A DNA stretch of 64,000 bases from Tepidisphaera sp. (GTDB taxonomy: Bacteria > Planctomycetota > Phycisphaerae > Phycisphaerales > UBA1924), in contig CP051526.1 of NCBI GenBank assembly GCA_050916045.1, forward strand, positions 1,632,001 to 1,696,000, read 5' to 3'. The translations under genes and the position numbers were made by a program. A model generated the notes under the pieces. The model was not told the origin of the DNA, made no database searches, and was given only the letters and a program-made list of their open reading frames with translations. This document shows positions 59,413 to 64,000 of this stretch, piece after piece. Positions within the stretch are counted from its first letter, which is position 1. Each line of letters opens with the position of its first letter.

Positions 59413-61175
59413 TCGCCGGGCATCCTACCACCCTCGGCCGGGGCGGGCGTCGGGACGAGGACCACCCAGTCGCGGCCCGGCATCATGCTGCTGGCTCGGG
59501 GCAGCGCGACCATGCGATGGGGATCGGTTGGCCTGAGGCTTTCGGCTTCGTCCTTCCGAAGCACGACGATTCCGTCCGGATGGGCGTTCCGCCAGGCGGA
59601 GACGGCTTGGAGATCAAGCCTCGCCACGCGGCCGCGCGAGTGGAAGACCATGCTGTCCTGGCGGTGCGTCGAAGCGATGGGCCTCACATCCCATCCCGGG
59701 ACGGACCTGACGGCGTCCATGATCCGCTCGGATTCGGCTCCAGGGATGAAGTTTGACCCGGAGGTGAACGCGGCGATGAGCGTCAGGAGCATGGACCAGC
59801 GACCAAGGCGAAGCAGCCGATCAGGTGTCCACGTGGGCTGGAGGCTCGCGAGCACCAGAAGCCCGAAAGCGACCGCTCCGCATGCGATGGCGAGGCTCCC
59901 GCGCATCGCGTGAGCCGAGCCGGGGGAAAGATCGGTCGCCCCGGCGAGGACCGCCGCGATCGCGAGGGCCATCCCGATCGCGAGCCATATTCCCTTGTCG
60001 AGCCTTCCCGGCCGCACGCCGCGGGCGGTCATCGCCACCGCCGCTCGCGCCGAGAGGATCGCGACGGCCGGGTAAAGCGGCATGGGGTAGTGAGCGAGTT
60101 TGGCTCCGAAGAGTTCGAAGAAGACCCATCCGGGCAAAGCCCACGCGAGCAGGAACGCGTCCTGCGGCTTTCCCAGCCGGCGGATCCACATCCGCTTCCA
60201 CCATGGCTTGCCGAGGTCGGCGGCGTTTCGCAGGGGCCAACCGGCGGAGAACGCATCGCGAACCGCACGGGCGGTCGAGAGCGACGCCGGCCAAAGCAAC
60301 GCGATCAGCAGCACGGCGTGCATGCCTGGGGGGCCCAGATGTCCCTCGCTCGAACCGCCCGCCCGGCCCATCGTCTCGTTCCAGACCAGCGAGGCGTACT
60401 CCGACCAGCCGAACCGGCTCGCGATCGCCCAGACCCAGGGCACCACCGCCGCCGCGACGATCGCCACCCCAAGCAACGGCTTGAGAGCAAGCGTCCACCG
60501 CCAGGAGCGACCGATAGCGCACAACGCAAGCAGCGTCAGCCCGGCCACGAGCGGGGTGATCGGCCCTTTGGTCATGACCCCCGCCGCGACCGCCACCCAG
60601 AACGAAAGTACCCATCCCACGCGCGGCTTGCCGCCCCGATGGGACGCGTGCCAGCAGAACCAGAGGCTTGTCATGGCCGCCGTCGTGAAGAAGAGGAGCA
60701 CCTGATCCGCACGGGCCTGATGAGCGTCGAACGCGATCAGCGGCGAGACCGCAAGCAGTGAGCCCGCGAGAAAGGCGACGCTCGGGCCAGACATCCGCCA
60801 CGCGAACGCCCACGTGAGAAACACCGTGCCGATCGCCGCCACCACGCTCGGCAAGCGGTACATCCAGATCGCGTCGCGCGAAACGTCCCCGCCGGTGCAG
60901 ATCCACGCGGTGCCCGCCTGAAGCCAGTAGATCAGAGGGGGCTTGTTCAGACGCGGTCGGTCCTGCACCCGGGGCATGACCCAGTCACCAGATTCGAGCA
61001 TCTGCCGGCTGGCCTGAGCGAACCGGGCTTCGTCGCGGTCGATCACCGGGATCGTCGAGAGCCCGGGGAGAACTCCGGGCAGATACACTGCAAGGCACAA
61101 GAGAAGCAACACCCCCGCCGCGAGCCACGGGCGGGACCACCATGTCTTGAATCCCCCGCCGACTCGCCCTCGCAT
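59409..61175 (-). CDS. ArnT/PMT-like glycosyltransferase (GT83/GT39 fold)
   Basis: DRDEARFAQASRQM, PRLNKPPLIYW, RLPS, TKGP, KLAHYPMPLYP. Confidence 0.9.
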   Translation of the reverse strand: MRGRVGGGFKTWWSRPWLAAGVLLLLCLAVYLPGVLPGLSTIPVIDRDEARFAQASRQMLESGDWVMPRVQDRPRLNKPPLIYWLQAGTAWICTGGDVSRDAIWMYRLPSVVAAIGTVFLTWAFAWRMSGPSVAFLAGSLLAVSPLIAFDAHQARADQVLLFFTTAAMTSLWFCWHASHRGGKPRVGWVLSFWVAVAAGVMTKGPITPLVAGLTLLALCAIGRSWRWTLALKPLLGVAIVAAAVVPWVWAIASRFGWSEYASLVWNETMGRAGGSSEGHLGPPGMHAVLLIALLWPASLSTARAVRDAFSAGWPLRNAADLGKPWWKRMWIRRLGKPQDAFLLAWALPGWVFFELFGAKLAHYPMPLYPAVAILSARAAVAMTARGVRPGRLDKGIWLAIGMALAIAAVLAGATDLSPGSAHAMRGSLAIACGAVAFGLLVLASLQPTWTPDRLLRLGRWSMLLTLIAAFTSGSNFIPGAESERIMDAVRSVPGWDVRPIASTHRQDSMVFHSRGRVARLDLQAVSAWRNAHPDGIVVLRKDEAESLRPTDPHRMVALPRASSMMPGRDWVVLVPTPAPAEGGRMPGE

Positions 61176-61302
61176 GAACGCCCTTTCTCGAATCCGAAGC
61201 GCCCGCGATCATAACCGCGGCCTGGCCGCCCCGGTCCGCTGGGCACACCTCGGCTGGGCCGCGGCGTCCGACCTGGCATCCCTTGGCTTTCGATTCGTTC
61301 GC

Positions 61303-62040
61303 GTGGTCGATCAGCCCGCCCGCAAGCCGCTCTCGTGGACCATCCTTCTGCTTCTGCTTGCGATCGCCGTGTTCCCGCTCGACGGCCACATCTCCGCGTG
61401 GTTTGAGCGTCACCGGCCGCGCGGAGACCTGCGCCGCGAACTCGAAGCTCTCCAGCAGTTCGGACAGTTCGCCATGAGCATGGTCGTGGTCGCGGCGGTC
61501 TGGCTTTTGGACCGACCCCGCGCCCGGCGGCTTCTCGACTGGCTTGCCGGTGCGGTCGTCTGCCTCGTGACGATCAATCTGCTCAAAGCACTGGTCGGAC
61601 GCCCGCGGCCGGCGCTGGGCGACCCGTACTTTGCGACCGGCCCGGCGGGTCTCTACCCGGTGCCGGTGCCGAGCGGTTTTCGGATGGACTCGCCGTGGAC
61701 CAGCGGGTACGACCTTGCTTCCTTTCCCTCGCGGCACGCGTGCTTTGCCGCGTTGGCGGCGGTCTTTCTCTGCCGCATGGCCCCCACGCTTCGCCCGCTC
61801 GCCTTGGTGCTCGCGATGATCGTGGCGTCCGCGCGGGTGGTGATGGGCGCCCACTACCCGAGCGACGTCCTGGTCGGTGCGGCGATCGGCTACGCGATCG
61901 GTGTTTTCGCCACCCGCGGGTCCTGGGGCGTCCGGGCGGTGGATTGGGGCTGGAAGCGGTTTGTCGACCCCTTCGCCACGCCGGCCCTCCCCGCACTCCA
62001 AGCCCTCGACCTTCGGGCGGAAGCCAGTTCTCGCCCCTGA
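61303..62040 (+). CDS. PAP2-family phosphatase; start uncertain (61174 or 61303)
   Basis: KALVGRPRP, SFPSRH, ARVVMGAHYPSDV. Confidence 0.9.
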   Translation: MVDQPARKPLSWTILLLLLAIAVFPLDGHISAWFERHRPRGDLRRELEALQQFGQFAMSMVVVAAVWLLDRPRARRLLDWLAGAVVCLVTINLLKALVGRPRPALGDPYFATGPAGLYPVPVPSGFRMDSPWTSGYDLASFPSRHACFAALAAVFLCRMAPTLRPLALVLAMIVASARVVMGAHYPSDVLVGAAIGYAIGVFATRGSWGVRAVDWGWKRFVDPFATPALPALQALDLRAEASSRP

Positions 62041-62141
62041 ACCAGCCCGCCTGGCGGCCACGCCAACCCCTTCCAAACCCGGCCAACCGCCCCCACAGGT
62101 GATTTATCGCCCCGAGGGTGGCTACACTTGCCGCCCACTCA

Positions 62142-62228
62142 GGAGAGGTGTCCGAGTGGCTGAAGGAACGCGATTGGAAATCGCGTAAACGGGCAACCGT
62201 TTCGGGGGTTCGAATCCCCCCCTCTCCG
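62142..62228 (+). tRNA. tRNA-Ser(GGA), CCA not encoded
   Basis: GGAGAGGTGTCCGAGTGGCTGAAGGAACGCGATTGGAAATCGCG...GGTTCGAATCCCCCCCTCTCCG; TACACT -10 box upstream. Confidence 0.97.
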
Positions 62229-62233
62229 CTTCC

Positions 62234-62264
62234 AACAGCCCTTGCGCGAGCAAGGGCTGTTTTT
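62234..62264 (+). terminator. Intrinsic terminator of tRNA-Ser(GGA)
   Basis: AACAGCCCTTGC-GCGA-GCAAGGGCTGTT followed by TTT. Confidence 0.85.
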
Positions 62265-62514
62265 GTAGGGGTCTCCCGACCGAGCCTGCACGAACGCGCC
62301 CCGAATGCCCCGGAACTGCCCCGGTTGCTTTCGTGCCTTGTTTTCCCCGCGGCAGTTCTCGTAGCCAAAATCTGACGTAGACCTTTCTGGTACACCAGCG
62401 GGCGTGCTCGCACCTACTGGCCCTTTCATCGCCCCAAGCGAGCCTTTAATGCGTACATGAAGCCTCGTGCCGCTTGGTATCTGCCGGGACGCTCACGCTC
62501 GAACGAAGCCTCCG

Positions 62515-63146
62515 ATGCCGCTGCCTGGTCGCGACAGCGCCGAGTACCAGGACTTCATGACCGCGCTCTCGACAGCGCCTTTGTGCAAGGCCGCGTTCGC
62601 TTACGCGCCGCGCCACCGTCGTCACCAGAGTTGGGTACTCGTGCACAACGTCACGTACCGCGGCGGGAGCATCCTGGGCATGGCGCTGCGCGACGCCTAC
62701 CGCCGCAACGCCATCGATCGCAGCTCATGGGCCATTGAACACACCGACTGGGAGCACGCCCTCATCGAAGACTTGGTCTTCTTTCAGATCGCGCGATGGC
62801 CCGGGAAGCCGACCAAGTCGGGCCTTCGTCTCAATCGCTCGGTGTCGGCGCTGCTGACCTCGATGCCGCCCGGCATCACCCAGATCGCACTTCAGATTGC
62901 GCTGATGCGGCTCCGCGATGCGGGCCGCATCGTCGACTCACGCCCGAACCGCTGGTGTGTTTCTCACGCTGGCGACCAGGCTTCGGGGCAGCTGTTCTAC
63001 GCCTGGCTGGGGATGACGGTCGGTGCGCCGTACGGCGAGGAGGAGTACACGATCCGGGGGACGGATCTGCCGTCCTCAAGCGTCAGTCGCAAACGACCAC
63101 GTGACCTGTGCGAGCATCGCTGCTACTTGTGCTTCTTCCCAAGGAC
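62515..63146 (+). pseudogene. Hypothetical gene apparently interrupted by the IS3 element
   Basis: The open frame reads into the IS end at about 63147 and stops inside the IS at 63210. Confidence 0.45.
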
Positions 63147-64000
63147 TGGTCTTGACCCCATCTTCGGTCCATGTCGGATGAGAGCCGATGGCTTCAACCG
63201 GCCAGGCTAGCCTGGCCGGTTGAAGCGAACTCTCTGTGGGCCAGGTTGCCCAGAGCGCTGTGGGGTCGATGCTCATTGTAATCCGTCCGCCACGCCTCGA
63301 TCGTTTCTCGGGCTTCTTCCAGCGATTCGAAACAGTGCACGTTCAGGCACTCGGCCCGCGCCCGTGCGTTGAACGACTCGATCATCGCGCTGTCCGTCGG
63401 CTTTCCCGGTCGACCGAAGTCAAGTGTCACGCCCTTGCGATAGGCCCATGCGTCCAACGCTTTCGATGCGAACTCCGCGCCATTATCCACCGAAACGGTC
63501 CGCGGCTTGCTTCGCAACCGCCCCAGTCGATCCAGCACCGCGATCACCGCCGTGCTTCCCATCGACTGCCCGACTTCCATCGCCATGCTCTCTCGCGTGT
63601 AGTGGTCCACGATCGTCAGCACCCGGATCCTCCTTCAATCACCCAGTTGGTCCGCCATGAAGTCCATACTCCAACGCTCGTCTCTCGTGCTGGCCGCCGG
63701 CGTCATCTGTCGTACCTGTGCCGCCTTGCGCCGACGCGGACGTTTCGCCCGCATCGACAGGCCCTCTTCCCGGTAGATCCGGTACACCTTCTTGGCGTTC
63801 ACCGCCCAGCCTTCACGAGCCAGCAGAACATGCACGCGCCGGTAGCCCCACGTCACCCGTGCCGCCGTCAGCTCCTTGATCCGCATCCGCAGCACCGTGC
63901 ACGGGTCGCGCAGGCTCGCGTACCGCTGCACGCTCCGCGCGCAGACCAGCACCGCACACCCGCGCCGCTCGCCCACGTCATACGTCGCCCGCACGTACTC
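63147..64000 (-). mobile_element. IS3-family (IS407-group-like) insertion sequence, right part; runs off the window
   Basis: OrfB motifs WGYRRV..LL.REG..VN.KKVYRIYREEGL, WSMDF, DNGAEF, PGKPTD, IESFN; minus-strand end TGGACCGAAGATGGGGTCAAGACCA finishing in CA. Confidence 0.88.
63194..64000 (-). pseudogene. IS3 transposase OrfB with an internal in-frame TGA (63635-63637)
   Basis: ORFs 63635..63994 and 63194..63622 share a frame: ADQLGD*RRIRVLTIVD, where family members have D-G-R. Confidence 0.85.

Noticed and set aside
61147..61302. Head-to-head overlap of ArnT and PAP2 start codons on a shared CATG (61173-61176)
   Set aside because: The PAP2 N-terminal extension looks non-coding and contains the ArnT promoter and SD; a GTG at 61303 is the more plausible start

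Overview
High-GC bacterial chromosomal window. A Planctomycetota (Phycisphaerae-like) origin is inferred from gene style and content and is not proven. Left to right: (1) a tripartite RND efflux system whose adaptor gene is divergent from tetR-OMF-RND around one palindromic operator; (2) six co-oriented, mostly membrane hypothetical genes and a DUF998 gene; (3) a heavy-metal (Czc/Ncc-type) RND operon bracketed by His-rich proteins; (4) a ~17.7 kb L-arabinose/arabinofuranoside locus (ROK regulator, araB, araD, a FucI-like isomerase in place of AraA, a GH146-like enzyme, a ~1570 aa GH127+CBM+GH51 fusion, a YtfQRT/YjfF-type ABC importer) ending at tRNA-Lys(CTT); (5) housekeeping genes (rpmF, fabH, aminotransferase, MFS, PfkB, rdgB, comB, penicillin acylase, and dnaK behind a sigma54-type promoter); (6) an AT-richer islet with micro-ORFs, a zinc-ribbon ORF and a GNAT/Cys-His fusion; (7) an RNA-repair locus rtcR <> rtcB-X-X'-rtcA with a sigma54 promoter, a candidate RtcR enhancer, a long 5' hairpin RNA, two tandem DUF6714-like paralogues and a convergent tRNA-Ser(GCT); (8) apaG, ArnT-like and PAP2 genes, tRNA-Ser(GGA), and an IS3-family element with an in-frame stop that interrupts an ORF. 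The strongest candidates for new biology are the expanded Rtc module and the bifunctional alpha/beta-arabinofuranosidase. All family assignments come from motif recognition by eye; no database search was run.
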